The notes under the pieces were generated by a model. That model did no database searches and was not told the origin of the DNA. It saw only the letters and a program-made list of their open reading frames with translations. Shown here piece after piece: positions 1 to 10,757 of a stretch of 64,000 nt of DNA; within the stretch, counting starts at the first letter, position 1, and each line of letters begins with the position of its first letter. Position numbers and translations under genes: made by a program. The stretch comes from an uncultured Acidobacteriota bacterium. Its GTDB lineage: Bacteria > Actinomycetota > Acidimicrobiia > Spongiisociales > ZC4RG35. Where the stretch lies: the NCBI GenBank assembly GCA_963848695.1, contig CAWKEI010000010.1:85679-149678 (forward strand), read 5' to 3'.

Positions 1-5
1 CAATC

Positions 6-992
6 ATGAGCGAGCCACTACGCATTGCCGTGACGGGAGCGGCCGGCCAGATCGGCTACAGCCTGGTGTTCCGGATCGCGGCGGGTGACATGCTCGGATC
101 AGACCAGTCGGTGATCCTCCAGATGCTCGAGATCCCGCCCGCACTCGCCGCCCTCGAAGGCGTCGTCATGGAGCTGGAAGACGGAGCGTTCCCATCGCTC
201 GCAGGTTCGCTAGCCACCGATGATCCCGAGACCGCATTTGCCGATGCCGACATCGCACTGCTGGTCGGCGCCATGCCACGCAAGTCGGGCATGGAGCGAT
301 CGGATCTCCTCTCGGCGAACGGCGCGATCTTCACCACACAGGGCAAGGCCATCGCTGCTGCGGCGAAAACGGACGTCAAGGTGCTGGTCGTCGGCAACCC
401 GGCCAACACCAACGCTTTGATCGCCATGAGCAATGCCGCGGGGATGAACAGTGCAAACTTCACCGCCATGACCAGGCTCGACCACAACCGGGCAGTGGCG
501 CAACTGGCGAAGCAGGTTGGGCGTCCCGTGTCATCGATCCGGAGAATGACGATTTGGGGCAACCATTCGTCGACCCAGTACCCGGACCTGTTCCATTGCG
601 AGGTCGATGGTGTGCCGGCCCTCGAGTTGGTCGACGATCAGGCCTGGATCGAATCCGAGTTCATACCGACGGTGGCCAAGCGGGGAGCCGCCATCATCGA
701 GGCACGAGGGGCATCATCGGCAGCATCGGCGGCCAATGCCGCCATCGGCCATATCCGGGATTGGTGGCTAGGCACGCCCGACGGCGACTGGGTGTCCATG
801 GGGGTCCCCTCAGATGGCTCCTATGGAGTGCCCGAGGGCCTGATGTCGTCCTTTCCTTGCATCTCCCGTGACCGAAGGTGGGAGATCGTGCAGGGCCTCG
901 AGATCGACGATTACTCACGTTCCCGGATCGATGCCTCCGTAGCGGAGTTGATCGAGGAGCGGGATGCGGTCGAGGGGCTCGGTCTGATCTGA
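6..992 (+). CDS. mdh: malate dehydrogenase
   Basis: 328-aa ORF. N-terminal Rossmann motif [17 protein letters not shown] and overall MDH-like architecture (LDH/MDH family). Confidence 0.9.
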   Translation: MSEPLRIAVTGAAGQIGYSLVFRIAAGDMLGSDQSVILQMLEIPPALAALEGVVMELEDGAFPSLAGSLATDDPETAFADADIALLVGAMPRKSGMERSDLLSANGAIFTTQGKAIAAAAKTDVKVLVVGNPANTNALIAMSNAAGMNSANFTAMTRLDHNRAVAQLAKQVGRPVSSIRRMTIWGNHSSTQYPDLFHCEVDGVPALELVDDQAWIESEFIPTVAKRGAAIIEARGASSAASAANAAIGHIRDWWLGTPDGDWVSMGVPSDGSYGVPEGLMSSFPCISRDRRWEIVQGLEIDDYSRSRIDASVAELIEERDAVEGLGLI

Positions 993-993
993 C

Positions 994-1305
994 TCAGGGG
1001 AGAAAGGCGAGACCGACCATCGCGCCCAAGATGACTACGAGGCCGCCGATCTCGGCGAGAAAGAGCCGGTCGATTCGAGCATTGACTGCGGCCAGGCCTT
1101 GCGTCAGGTCTGTCTTGAATTCGGCGCGGAGCCCCGCCATCTCGGCGTGAAGGTCGGTCCTGAGCACCGCCAGATCAGCCTTGGTGGCCAAATCCGATAG
1201 GGCATATGCCGGCAATGCTGCCATCAGCGTCTCCGCTCGTTGTGGCCCGAGCAACTCGCTCAAGCCATTGTAGAGGTCATGGCGGGCAGCTTCTGAAGCA
1301 GTCAC
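994..1305 (-). CDS. hypothetical coiled-coil protein with C-terminal TM helix (DUF1640-like)
   Basis: Repeated DLAxLRxDL heptads (DLATKADLAVLRTDLHAEMAGLRAEFK) followed by a hydrophobic tail. Start codon uncertain (GTG inferred). Confidence 0.35.
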   Translation of the reverse strand: MTASEAARHDLYNGLSELLGPQRAETLMAALPAYALSDLATKADLAVLRTDLHAEMAGLRAEFKTDLTQGLAAVNARIDRLFLAEIGGLVVILGAMVGLAFLP

Positions 1306-1370
1306 GCGGCCAACATGCCACGTTGACGACGACCCCGGTTTCAAGGGGTATGCCCGACGGGCGGGAGCCG

Positions 1371-1742
1371 TCAGGCCATTGGCCCCTCTTCGAACTCCAC
1401 CACCGGGCGAACCTCGACTCGCCCGTACCAGGCACCGGGGATCTGCTGCGCCCACTTCAGCGCCTCGTCAAGGTCTGCGACATCGAGGAGGTAGAACCCA
1501 CCCAAGACCTCCTTGGTCTCGGCGAAGGGACCGTCGGTGAACACCGCCTCACCACCCTTGCCGCTGGGGATGTGGATCGTCGTAGCGGTGTTCGTGTCGT
1601 GCAACGCCTCGCCGCCGGCGATCACGCCCGCTGCCCCCGCCGTCTCACTGAACTCGTTGTATTCGACCATCACTCGTTCCAACTCCTCGGGCGTTCCCTG
1701 GGTGTCGGCCGGGCCGTAGATGAGCGCTGCGTACTTTGGCAT
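1371..1742 (-). CDS. YciI-like protein
   Basis: About 120 aa from MPKYAALIYG, with the DGPF motif (VFTDGPFAETKEVLGGFYLLDVADLDEA) typical of the YCII-related domain. Confidence 0.7.
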   Translation of the reverse strand: MPKYAALIYGPADTQGTPEELERVMVEYNEFSETAGAAGVIAGGEALHDTNTATTIHIPSGKGGEAVFTDGPFAETKEVLGGFYLLDVADLDEALKWAQQIPGAWYGRVEVRPVVEFEEGPMA

Positions 1743-1814
1743 CCGTGGTTCCCTTCTCTCGGGGACGCCTGTCAACTCTATGTCGTGCGGCGTCGGCCGA
1801 TCTCGACACAGATC

Positions 1815-2349
1815 TCAGCCGGTGACGACACCGGGCTCGATGTGGAAGACGGCATCCTCCTCCCATTGGACCGAGCCAGTCCACCAGAGGAAATTCGTCT
1901 TCCACTCGTGGTCGACGATGACCTTGACCCCAAGCCAGTCCCGGGCGGAGCCGCTGTCCACCCGCGAGGAGGAGGGCCAGCCATTCGCCGACAGGAACCA
2001 GGTGCCTGCCGCTGCATTCCAGACCTACCTCGTCCTCGTTCGCCGGGCGGTACACCTGGCGGCTCAGACCCACGGTGCCGTTCGCGTCCGATTCGTAGAT
2101 CCAAAGCTCTTCCACGGCATTGCCTGCCACCGCGTTGAGAGAGCCGGCCGCGGCCTCGATTATCCGGCAATCGGCCGTGGGCAGGTCCCCGGCTGCACTC
2201 CCGACACGGGCGGCTTCCCGCACGGCCGAGGTCATGGCGATGCGGTCGGCGAACCCGGTGCCCCATTCGTAGGCGCCGAGGGCGAGCATCAGCATGATCA
2301 CGATCGCCATGGCCAGCTCGATGGCGGCTGTGCCCCGATCCTTTCTCAT
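1815..2349 (-). CDS. TadE-like pseudopilin, cassette 1, apparent +1 frameshift near 2000
   Basis: N-terminus MRKDRGTAAIELAMAIVIMLMLALG (TadE-like). The C-terminus is readable only in another frame (DWLGVKVIVDHEWKTNFLWWTGSVQWEEDAVFHIEPGVVTG*). That frame matches the C-termini of the paralogs at 7371-7928 and 10218-10757. Confidence 0.5.
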
Positions 2350-3849
2350 GGCGCCGGTTCTTCGGTGATGGGGTTGGGGATCAGTCGGACCGGGTTCCCG
2401 ATGACCCGGGCCCGCCAGGTGGTTCGCTCGTTGGGCTCGGAGAGGTCGAGATCCATATGCCAGAAACATTGGAGCTCGGCAGACTTCGACTCGTCACACA
2501 TCGCCTCCGGGTCGTCGGGAAGGTCGATGACAGCCACGATCCACTGATTGTTGAAGAGCTGGATGGTGGGTGGATCGGAGGTGACCCACGAGCAGCCCGA
2601 ACCGTTGCCCAACTCTGATGTCTGGTCGTGGTTCCACGCCGTCCACGTGCAGTCGGCAGGCATGTTCCCGAACGGGTCGCGGACACTCATCTGGGAGAAC
2701 CCCTGGGCGTCGCCGGCATCGAAGAACTCGAGCTCGAGCTTCTTCCCGGCGTGGTCTTCGCTGATCTCGGCCAGATAGAGCTGGGAGGCCGAGGTGAGGC
2801 GATTGGAGAAGATCGACATGTCGTTGATGCCGTAGACCTGGGGTTGGGGGCTGCTGCTGGTGGCGGCGGCGACGGAGTATTGATTCGACCCCGATCCCAC
2901 CCCGGACGACCAGACGTGGAGCATGTAGAGGCCTGGCGTCGGGCTCCCGATGCTGCAGAGCGTGCTCCAGGCGTTCTTCTGGGGCGAGCTCGACGGGTCC
3001 ACATTTGGGGTCAAGTCGAACGAGCACCCGCCTAGCGACGGATTGTCGGTGGGATCGGATGGTGAGGTGTCGACGTCGTGGAGCTGGAAATGGGTGGTGA
3101 CCCCCGGATTGCCGGCGCCACCGGGGTTGAAGCGGGCGTCGGCGCTCTCGATGTTCGGGTAATCGGGCCTCTCGTCGAATCTGGCGTCGTAGATCGAGAC
3201 AGTCAGATCCGATGCGCCGATCGGGACATCAACCGCGAAGTAATAGCCGTCATAACCCCCGGGCCCCCGGCTGAATGTCGGATTGCTCGAGGTGCACGAG
3301 GAGGCGCTGCTGTTGACGACACAGTTGGTCGAGTAGGGGTCCCCGTCCTCTTTCAGGGTGAACGGGGCCGACACCGCGCCCCAGAAATCGTTGATGTTGG
3401 CGGTGCAGAACCCCCCGGTCGGGTCCTGGCCGAAGCAGCGGTTCGGGCTGCCCAGGGGCACCGGCTTGACGTACTCGGCCGTCGCCTCCCGACTGATGTC
3501 GAAATGATCGAAGCCGAGCACCTTCAGGAAGAAGGTATCGACCTGCGTCTGCAGCTCGGCGTGCAGCCGATCCTCGTCGAGAGGTGTCACGATCAGGGTG
3601 TCGGCACCATCGGGGTCGTACCCGTTGGCCCGCGCCGCGTCTTCCGCATCCTCCTCGGCGAGGTTGGGGAAGCCGGGCAGATTCACCACTCCGGCCAGGG
3701 CGGCGGCATCGACGGCCTTCTGTGCCCGGGAAGTGTTGAGGAACAGCCATCCCAGATCGGTGCCGAACCCGGCCATTCCGATGAGCAAGACCAGGGTGAG
3801 GGCAAGCCAGACAAGGGTGATGCCCTCGTCTTTGGGTCGCTGCCTCATT
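2346..3849 (-). CDS. large TadG-like pilus protein, copy 1 (Tad N-terminal domain plus Cys-rich extracellular region)
   Basis: Begins MRQRPKDEGITLVWLALTLVLLIGMAGFGTDLGWLFLNTSRAQKAVDAAALAG, a TadE/G-like N-terminus. About 500 aa, many Cys. Its start overlaps the upstream tadE stop (ATGA). Confidence 0.65.
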
Positions 3850-4390
3850 CGAAGGCCTCCGGCTCGAGACGCTGCAGAGCGGTGCGGCTCACATTGATCG
3901 TCCCCCGCCACGGCGGAAACCCGGTCACCCACTGGTGGTCTTTGGCGATGGTCACGCCGAGGATGTCGAGACTCGTGGTTGCCCCGACGGTCACCTCGCG
4001 TGAGATGCTGGGCCAGTTCTCGGTGATCGACCAATCGGCCGGGTCGCAGGTGGTCGGGTCTCCGCTCGGGCGCAGAGCCCAGGTGTTGATCATCCCGGGC
4101 TCCGGCTCGCCGGATCCCTCATTGGCCTTGAAGATCTCGATGTCGACTTCACTGAGGTCACCGGGCCCGAAGGCGGCGACGATGCTCTGGATGATGTGAC
4201 AGTCGGCCTCGGGATCGTTGCCGGCCAATGAGCCAACCCGTGCCGCCTCCCGAGTCGTGAACGAGAGGGTGAGGAAGTCACGGAAGGCGAGCCCCAGTTC
4301 CAGGAGGCTGACCATCAGGAGGATGATGATCGGCAGTACCAGGGCGGCTTCGACCAGCGTTGCCCCGCTTTGCCCGTCCCTGCTTCCCAT
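3845..4390 (-). CDS. TadE-like pseudopilin
   Basis: N-terminus GATLVEAALVLPIIILLMVSLLELGLAFRDF. Overlaps the start of the downstream TadG-like gene, consistent with translational coupling. Confidence 0.7.
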   Translation of the reverse strand: MGSRDGQSGATLVEAALVLPIIILLMVSLLELGLAFRDFLTLSFTTREAARVGSLAGNDPEADCHIIQSIVAAFGPGDLSEVDIEIFKANEGSGEPEPGMINTWALRPSGDPTTCDPADWSITENWPSISREVTVGATTSLDILGVTIAKDHQWVTGFPPWRGTINVSRTALQRLEPEAFE

Positions 4391-4514
4391 AGATGCCCCC
4401 GTCGCGCGGTGAGCCCTTCGCTGCCACCCGGCGCCATTATCCCGTTGTCCCGAAGGGGACGCCAGGGGACTCCTGTGGAAAACCTGAAAGGACTACTCGA
4501 GCGCGATGTGTCGG

Positions 4515-4898
4515 TCAGTACTCCACGTCGAGCTCGGACACTGCCGAGCTCCACTGCTGGATTGCCCCCTGATGCATCATCAGCTTGGCCAGGTTCCCCG
4601 ACACCTTCAGCTTGCCCGTCATGAAGGCCGTCTGGGTGTTGAGCTCGCCCTTCGAGATGGCAGTGGCGGTGTCGTAGGTCTGCTTCACCGTCACGTCGGC
4701 GCCTTCAAGACTGCCGAGGGCCATCGTGGCGTTACCGCCACCGGCTTGGAGGTAGTAGTCGACCTCACCGTCCGGGGCGTCGGTGGTGTTGAACTGGATG
4801 CCCAACTCGGCCTCGCCGATGGCGTTCTTGAACCCCTGGTGGCCGTTGAGGGCCGAAGTGACCTCCGAGGCCCACTCGGCACTTAGAAACTTGGACAC
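4515..4898 (-). CDS. SCP-2 sterol-transfer domain protein
   Basis: 127 aa. C-terminal motif TAFMTGKLKVSGNLAKLMM is typical of the SCP2 fold. Confidence 0.65.
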   Translation of the reverse strand: MSKFLSAEWASEVTSALNGHQGFKNAIGEAELGIQFNTTDAPDGEVDYYLQAGGGNATMALGSLEGADVTVKQTYDTATAISKGELNTQTAFMTGKLKVSGNLAKLMMHQGAIQQWSSAVSELDVEY

Positions 4899-4980
4899 GC
4901 ACAGACTCCTTGGTGATTGGGGGGCCGAATGGTACAGGCCGACGCAATCATTGAGGAAAGGGCGATTCAGCCCGTTTGGC

Positions 4981-5832
4981 TCAGATCAGCTTGGCGATCG
5001 AGGTCTCGGCGCCCCTGGAGAGACGGGTCAAGGGCTCGCGCGGGTGCCCGGCGTCGAGCCCGGCCGCCTTTGCCGCCGCTTTGACCCCGGGCACGCCATG
5101 GGCTTCGACGTCGGAACTGATCGCGCTGAGACGCTTCTGCAGCTTCCTCGCCTTGGCCGGATCGGCCTTGGCGGCGGCCAGGGTCTGCAGCACCAACTCG
5201 GGGACGTAGTTGCCCGATCCTGTGATCGCCCCGTGACAACCCACGGCCATCGCCGCGGTCAGGGCCCGCGACGAGCCCGAGTAGAGGATGAACTCGGACG
5301 GCGAAGCGTCGATGATGGACTGGAGTCTGACGACGTCTCCGCTCGAGTCCTTCATTCCCACCACGTTCTTGTGCCGGGACAGCCTCCACACCAGCTCTAC
5401 CGGGAGGTTGTAGGCGGTCACGCCGGGTACCGAGTACAGGAAGACCGGCACTGTCGAGGTCTCGGCGATGGTCAGATAGAAACGGAGGACTGCATCGTCC
5501 CTTCCCCGGGTCATGGTGGTGGGGGTCATCACCAGCACAGTGTCTGCGCCACCTTCGACTGCCTCCTCGATCTGGTTGATCGCGACGCGAGTCGACTCGG
5601 CCGCGATGCCAACCATGAAATGAGCCTTGCGACGGCGCCCGGCCTTGACCAGGCGATACCGCTCACCCGGTTCCAGATACGGCCCCTCCCCGTTGGAGCC
5701 ACCGATGACGAAGCCGTCGATCCCGGCATTGGAGAGAAGGCGGAGATTGGTGGTGTGAGCCCTGGTGTCGATCTCCCCGCCCCGGGTGAACGGCGTGATC
5801 AACGCGGGCATGTACTCGGGTGGTGGCAGCAC
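4981..5832 (-). CDS. dihydrodipicolinate synthase / N-acetylneuraminate lyase family aldolase
   Basis: 283 aa. Segments ALITPF, GFVIGGSNGE and a conserved Lys region (NVVGMKDSSGD) indicate a DHDPS-family TIM barrel. Exact substrate not assignable. Confidence 0.75.
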   Translation of the reverse strand: MLPPPEYMPALITPFTRGGEIDTRAHTTNLRLLSNAGIDGFVIGGSNGEGPYLEPGERYRLVKAGRRRKAHFMVGIAAESTRVAINQIEEAVEGGADTVLVMTPTTMTRGRDDAVLRFYLTIAETSTVPVFLYSVPGVTAYNLPVELVWRLSRHKNVVGMKDSSGDVVRLQSIIDASPSEFILYSGSSRALTAAMAVGCHGAITGSGNYVPELVLQTLAAAKADPAKARKLQKRLSAISSDVEAHGVPGVKAAAKAAGLDAGHPREPLTRLSRGAETSIAKLI

Positions 5833-5860
5833 CGGGGAAGATTAGGAGGACCGAGCGTGG

Positions 5861-7374
5861 TCAGTCGATGAGGTGGATCGGGTTCCCGATCATGTAGGCA
5901 CGCCAGGTGGTGGTGTCGTTCACCGCCGTCGGATAGGCGTAGCTCATCTTCCACCAGCAGTTGGTGCACGAGTACGCCGCAGGTAGATCCATCTCGAACT
6001 TGAGCCAGCGCCCGTTGTACTCACCGGGGGTCACCGTCTCCTGACAGTTTGAGCCACTGGGGATGGTCTGTTGCAGGTTCCAGGCCACGGTCGGGTTGTT
6101 GCGGCTGTAGATCCGGCACTGGCCGTCGTTGAAGACCGCTGGTCGAGGGATCGACCACGGCAAGGGTCCCATTGGCGGCGGACTCGCCGGCGTCGTACAA
6201 CTCCACAACGAAGGTCTTCCCGTGGTAGTAGGTGGGCACTTCTGCCAGGTAGAAGGAGGTTGTGGTGCCGCTGGCGTTGTTGTAGATCGAGAAGTCACCG
6301 AGGGCGAACAGCTTGGCCCCGTTGTTGGTCGCTCTGACCGAGTAACGATTCAGACCGGCGCGGTCGACCGTGGTGCCGGGGTCTTGCACTGCGATCTGGA
6401 GGACATAGATCCCGGCTGCCGGATGGGTCCAGCAGGAGGCCGGAGAGTCCAGTGGCGTTGGCGGCGTTGCCCAGTTGTAGGCGGCGGCGGGCAGCACCTG
6501 CCCGGTGGGGGTGAGGGTGGCCGTGCACAAGGGGGCGGCATTGTCGGAGAGGTCGAGTGGGGTGGGGTCCGGGGCGTAGAGCTTGACCAGCATGGTCGGC
6601 CCACAGGTGGCGGCGGCGCTCGGGGTCCAGTCCTCGCATCCACGGTCACCGGTGCGGATGGTGTCACTGGTGGGATTGCCCCCGGAAGTGTTGAAGAATC
6701 TGAGATCGATTCCCTGGATCGTGAAGGGCCCGGTCCCCCTCTCGATTCCGTAGAGATAGCCGCCCGGTCGGGCGATCGGGTTCGCGGTGCAGGTGGGGAC
6801 ATCCGAGGCTCCCACGCAGTGCGAGGTGTAGGCATCACCCATGCCGGTGTCGGTGAACCATCCATGGATGTTGGCCCAGAAGTTGGGCTGCCCGGAAGGG
6901 CAGCCGGTCTGAGCCCGGGGCGCAGCCGTTGCCGAAGTCGCCGGCTGGACTCCCCAATTTCAAAGGCGGTATGTACTCGGCGATCGCCGATCGCTCGATT
7001 TCCATCGTGTCGACCCCGAGGACACTGAGGAAGAAGGTGGGCACGACGTCACTGACGGAGACTTCGAGTTGGTTCTGTTCCCCGGTCACGACGGCGGGCG
7101 AAACCGCGATGTCGGGTGCGCTGTTGTCGTACCCGTTCTGCAGTGCGACGGCTTGCGCCGTCGAGATGGCGGTGCCGGAGGCGCCGGGGAGCCAGACCAC
7201 CCCTCCGAGGGCGGCGGCATCGGCGGCGCGCTGCACTCGGCTCGCGTTGAGGTAGAACCAGGCGAGATCGGTGCCAAATGCGGCCATTCCGAGCAGGACC
7301 ACCATCGACATCGCCACCAGGACCATGGCCGCGCCCCGGTCGTTGTCACGAGCCCTCTCGATCAACTTCCTCAC
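5861..7374 (-). pseudogene. large TadG-like pilus protein, copy 2, split into three frames (two apparent 1-nt frameshifts)
   Basis: ORFs 6835-7374, 6021-6842 and 5861-6298 are collinear with the intact paralogs. Junctions lie at about 6860-6880 (ccccggg run) and about 6150. Confidence 0.55.
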
Positions 7375-7928
7375 TGGGTGCCCCTCGTGTCAGGCTCGAT
7401 CCGCATCACTGCGGTTTCCGTCCAGTTGACCGTCGGGAACGGAAAGAACCCGGTGAGGTCGGTATGCGAGAAGGTGATCTCCACGCCGAGCGAGTCGAAG
7501 GTCGGCGGTACCCGATCCCGGGTAGATGGGGCCCATGGACAGCCGTTGTCGCATCCGAGGTTGGTGGCGGCGCTGTCACAGGCAAGAGCGGCTGTTGGGG
7601 AATAGACGTTGACCGCTCCGGACATCGGGTTCCCTGCCGAATCCGCCTTGAAGATCCGGACTTCCTCGAGGTCACCAAAATTGAGGTTGCAGGCCGATTC
7701 CTCGACGGCGGCGAGGATCAGGTCATCGGCATCGGTGCCGGTGACGGTGTCGTTGAAATTCGCCGCAGCTGCCCCGGTCCGGGCCCCTTCACGGGCCGAG
7801 TTGCTGACCGTGAGATAGTCGACCACCAAGAACCCGACCTCGGAGAGGCCGATGGCGAGCAGGATCAGCATGGGGAGGAGGATCGAGGCCTCGACGAGGC
7901 TGGCGCCCTTCTCGAGTCGTCGTCTCAT
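7371..7928 (-). CDS. TadE-like pseudopilin (cassette 2, gene a)
   Basis: MRRRLEKGASLVEASILLPMLILLAIGLSEVGF, C-terminal GCDNGCPW Cys motif. ATGA overlaps with both neighbours. Confidence 0.7.
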   Translation of the reverse strand: MRRRLEKGASLVEASILLPMLILLAIGLSEVGFLVVDYLTVSNSAREGARTGAAAANFNDTVTGTDADDLILAAVEESACNLNFGDLEEVRIFKADSAGNPMSGAVNVYSPTAALACDSAATNLGCDNGCPWAPSTRDRVPPTFDSLGVEITFSHTDLTGFFPFPTVNWTETAVMRIEPDTRGTQ

Positions 7929-8512
7929 GATGAGCCGAACACCTGTGGCTCGACCTGGAAGTCGGTGGAACTGGTGAAGTCGGTGGACGGGGTGAAATAG
8001 CTGGTGAGCCACTGGTGGGTGAAGTCGACCTCGACCCCGACTCGGTCCGTCGTGGGCGCCTCCACGTCTCGGTCGGAAGGATCCCATACGGGAGTCACGT
8101 AGTTGGTGCGGAAAGGTTCAGGGCACGGCGACCAGTCACAGCACCCCGGGAGGGCGGGAAGGACCGTGCTGGAGCAGCCGGTGCCGGGGGCGTAGGAATA
8201 GGTGGTCGACTCGCCGGAAGGTGCTGCTTCATAGATGCGTGCACTCATCCCGGCGGAGATGCCGGCCGGATTCAGGGTTTGCTCGATGTCGCGGAGAATC
8301 TGGATGTCGGCCCGCGGGTCGTCGCCGTAGGTCGCTCCGGCTCGGGCACCCTCACGGGCGGCGTGGCTGACGGAGAGCCAGTCCTTGAAGGCGAGCCCGA
8401 ACTCGACGATTGCGAACAACGAGAGGAAAAGAAGGCCGTACACGATCGAAGCCTCGAGGAGCGTTGACCCGCGTTCGCGAGAACGATCTGTGCCGCTCTG
8501 GTTGCCCCTCAT
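7925..8512 (-). CDS. TadE-like pseudopilin (cassette 2, gene b)
   Basis: MRGNQSGTDRSRERGSTLLEASIVYGLLFLSLFAIVEFGLAF, C-terminal GCCDWSPCPEPF motif. Confidence 0.7.
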   Translation of the reverse strand: MRGNQSGTDRSRERGSTLLEASIVYGLLFLSLFAIVEFGLAFKDWLSVSHAAREGARAGATYGDDPRADIQILRDIEQTLNPAGISAGMSARIYEAAPSGESTTYSYAPGTGCSSTVLPALPGCCDWSPCPEPFRTNYVTPVWDPSDRDVEAPTTDRVGVEVDFTHQWLTSYFTPSTDFTSSTDFQVEPQVFGSS

Positions 8513-8723
8513 GTTCACTGCTTTCACGTCTTTCCACCCACCGAGCACGCTGCCTCGTCGAGGTGATGCTGATCGAATGCTCATCGACCAGGGTTCTTCG
8601 GCAGAAAGGGCCAACTACTTGAAGCAGAAATTGCCGATCGGGGCCGATTCGGGTCGATCGGCCCAGCCGGTGACCCTGAGTGGGCATTCGTGACCGAGGG
8701 TGTTCAGATTGGGGCGATTGCCG

Positions 8724-10221
8724 TTATTCGACCAGATGGATCGGATTGCCGATCATGTAGGCCCGCCAGGTGGTGGTGTCGTTCACCGGCGACGTGTAGA
8801 CGTAGTTCATCTTCCACCAGCAGCCAGGAATACCTCCCGCGACGCAGGCATACTCGGGGGGCAGCTCCATCTCGAACTTGAGCCAGCGACGGTGGTACTC
8901 CTGCGGGGTGACCAGCTCCTGACAATCACTTCCGGCGGGGACGACCTGCTGCAAGTTCCAGTTCGGGCTGGTGTGGCTCCGCTCGTAGATGCGGCACTCC
9001 CCGTCATTGAACGTGTTGCCACTCGGGTCCTTGACCTGGAGGGTGCCGTTGGCCGACTGACTCACCGGCGTCGTAGAGCTCGATTACGAAAGTCTTGCCG
9101 TGGTAGTAGGTCGGGACCTCGGCCAGATAGAACGAGGTGACCGAGCCGCTGAAGTTGTTGTAGATGGAGAAGTCGCCGAGGGCGAACAGGTTGCCGGTCG
9201 AGGACCTCACTGAGTACCTGTTGAGACCCGATCGGTCGACAACCGCGCCGGGGTCGACGTGGCGAATCTCCACCACGTAGATGCCGGTGCCGGACTGGGT
9301 CCAGCACCCCTGGCCGTCCGGGGCAGTGAACGCGTACGGGTCGGTCTCCAGTCCCTGGGGGAGGGGTGGGATCGTGGCCTGGCAAAGGAGAGGGTTGTCC
9401 GAGACTTTCAGTGGTGTCGGGTCCGGCGCGTAGAGCGCCACATACATCGACGGCCCGCAGTCTGGCGCCGGGTTCGGGCCCCAGTCCTCACATCCCCGGT
9501 CGCCGGTGCGTACCCCATCGTTGGTCGGGTTGCCTCCGGACTGGTTGTGGAAGGCCAGGTCGTTGAACTGGAGAGTGAAGCTCGACGTCGATTCGATGCC
9601 GTAGAGATAACCCGTGCTTCGGGCGGTGGCGTTCTGAGCACACCCAGGGGCGTCGTTGGCGTTGTCGCACCACGACGAGTAGGCGTCGCCCATGCCTCGG
9701 TCGGTCCATTTCCCATGGATGTTCGCCCAGAAGTTGGCCTGCCCGGTGCACCCTGGCTGTTCCGGGTCACATGTGTTTCCGAACTGGTTCTCCGGGCTGC
9801 CCAGCCTCAGTGGGGGGATGTATTCGGCCACCGCTGTCCGCGAGATCGCCATCGTGTCGAAGCCGAGGACTTTGGCGAAGAACGTGGGGACCACGTCCCG
9901 AATGGTCACCTCTAGCTTGTTCGGCTCACCGGGCACGGCGGCCGGGACCACATCGACGTCGGTGAGGGTGTCGTCGTACCCGTTACGCGTGGCGATGTCC
10001 AGGGCGGTGGCGTCGGCAGTGCCTGGCTCGGCGGGGAGCCAGATGACACCACCGAGGGCGGCGGCGTCGGCAGCCCGCTGCATTCGGCTGGCGTTGAGGT
10101 AGAACCAGGCGAGGTCGGTCCCGAACGCGGCCATTCCCATCAACAGCACCAGCGAGCCGGCCACCAATGCCAGCGCGGCCCCGCGGTCGTCCTCTTTCGC
10201 CCGCCGGAAGATCCGTCTCAC
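8724..10221 (-). pseudogene. large TadG-like pilus protein, copy 3, one apparent frameshift near 9040-9065
   Basis: ORF 9004-10221 (N-terminal 405 aa) and ORF 8724-9065 (C-terminal 113 aa) overlap. Together they are collinear with copies 1 and 2. Conserved C-terminal tail WRAYMIGNPIHL. Confidence 0.55.
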
Positions 10222-10757
10222 TGGGTTCCCCTGGTGTCGGGCTCGATCTGCATCACCGCGGTCTCGTCCCAGTCGACGGTGGGGAACGGGAAGATCCCGG
10301 TGACGCTGGTGTGGGAGAAGGTGACTTCGACACCGAGGACGTCGAGACCCGGAGGCTCACGGTCGCGTCCGGCGGCAGCCCAGGGACAAGTGTTGTCGCA
10401 GTTGAGGGAGTTACCAGGGGCGTCGCAGGTCAGGCTTCCGCTCGGCGAGTACTCGTTGATCGACCCGACGATGGGCTGCCCGGTCCCATCGGCTTGAAAG
10501 ATCCTCACCTTCTCCAGAGTCCCGAACCGGAGGTTGCACGACGCCTCCTCGACCGCGTCGAGGATGATCTCGTCGGCGGTGGGAAAGTTGGCAGCCGCGG
10601 CGCCGGTGCGGGCCCCCTCTCTGGCCGCATTGGTGACGGTCATGTAGTCGACGACCAGGAACCCGATCTCCGAGAGACCGATCGCGAGCGTGATCAGGAT
10701 GGGGAGGATGAGACCAACCTCCACGAGCGAAGCTCCGCTCTCGCCCCGGCGCCTCAT
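10218..10757 (-). CDS. TadE-like pseudopilin (cassette 3, gene a)
   Basis: MRRRGESGASLVEVGLILPILITLAIGLSEIGF. Paralog of 7371-7928. Confidence 0.7.
   Translation of the reverse strand: MRRRGESGASLVEVGLILPILITLAIGLSEIGFLVVDYMTVTNAAREGARTGAAAANFPTADEIILDAVEEASCNLRFGTLEKVRIFQADGTGQPIVGSINEYSPSGSLTCDAPGNSLNCDNTCPWAAAGRDREPPGLDVLGVEVTFSHTSVTGIFPFPTVDWDETAVMQIEPDTRGTQ

Noticed and set aside
1206-2138. 310-aa + strand ORF and 1720-2547 (275 aa)
   Set aside because: Overlap the yciI-like and tadE genes on the opposite strand. No recognisable motifs.
3078-4199. 373-aa ORF on the + strand
   Set aside because: Lies entirely antisense to the TadG-like-1 and tadE genes. Arg/Gly/Pro-rich composition is typical of a high-GC antisense frame. 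No domain.
6129-7028. 299-aa + strand ORF
   Set aside because: Antisense to TadG-like copy 2. Gly/Arg-rich low-complexity. High-GC artefact.
5861-10221. Possibility that TadG-like frameshifts are programmed or slipped-strand phase variation
   Set aside because: Junctions lack homopolymer or short tandem repeat tracts long enough for slippage (the longest is cccc/ggg). Frequent frameshifts elsewhere in housekeeping genes favour assembly error.
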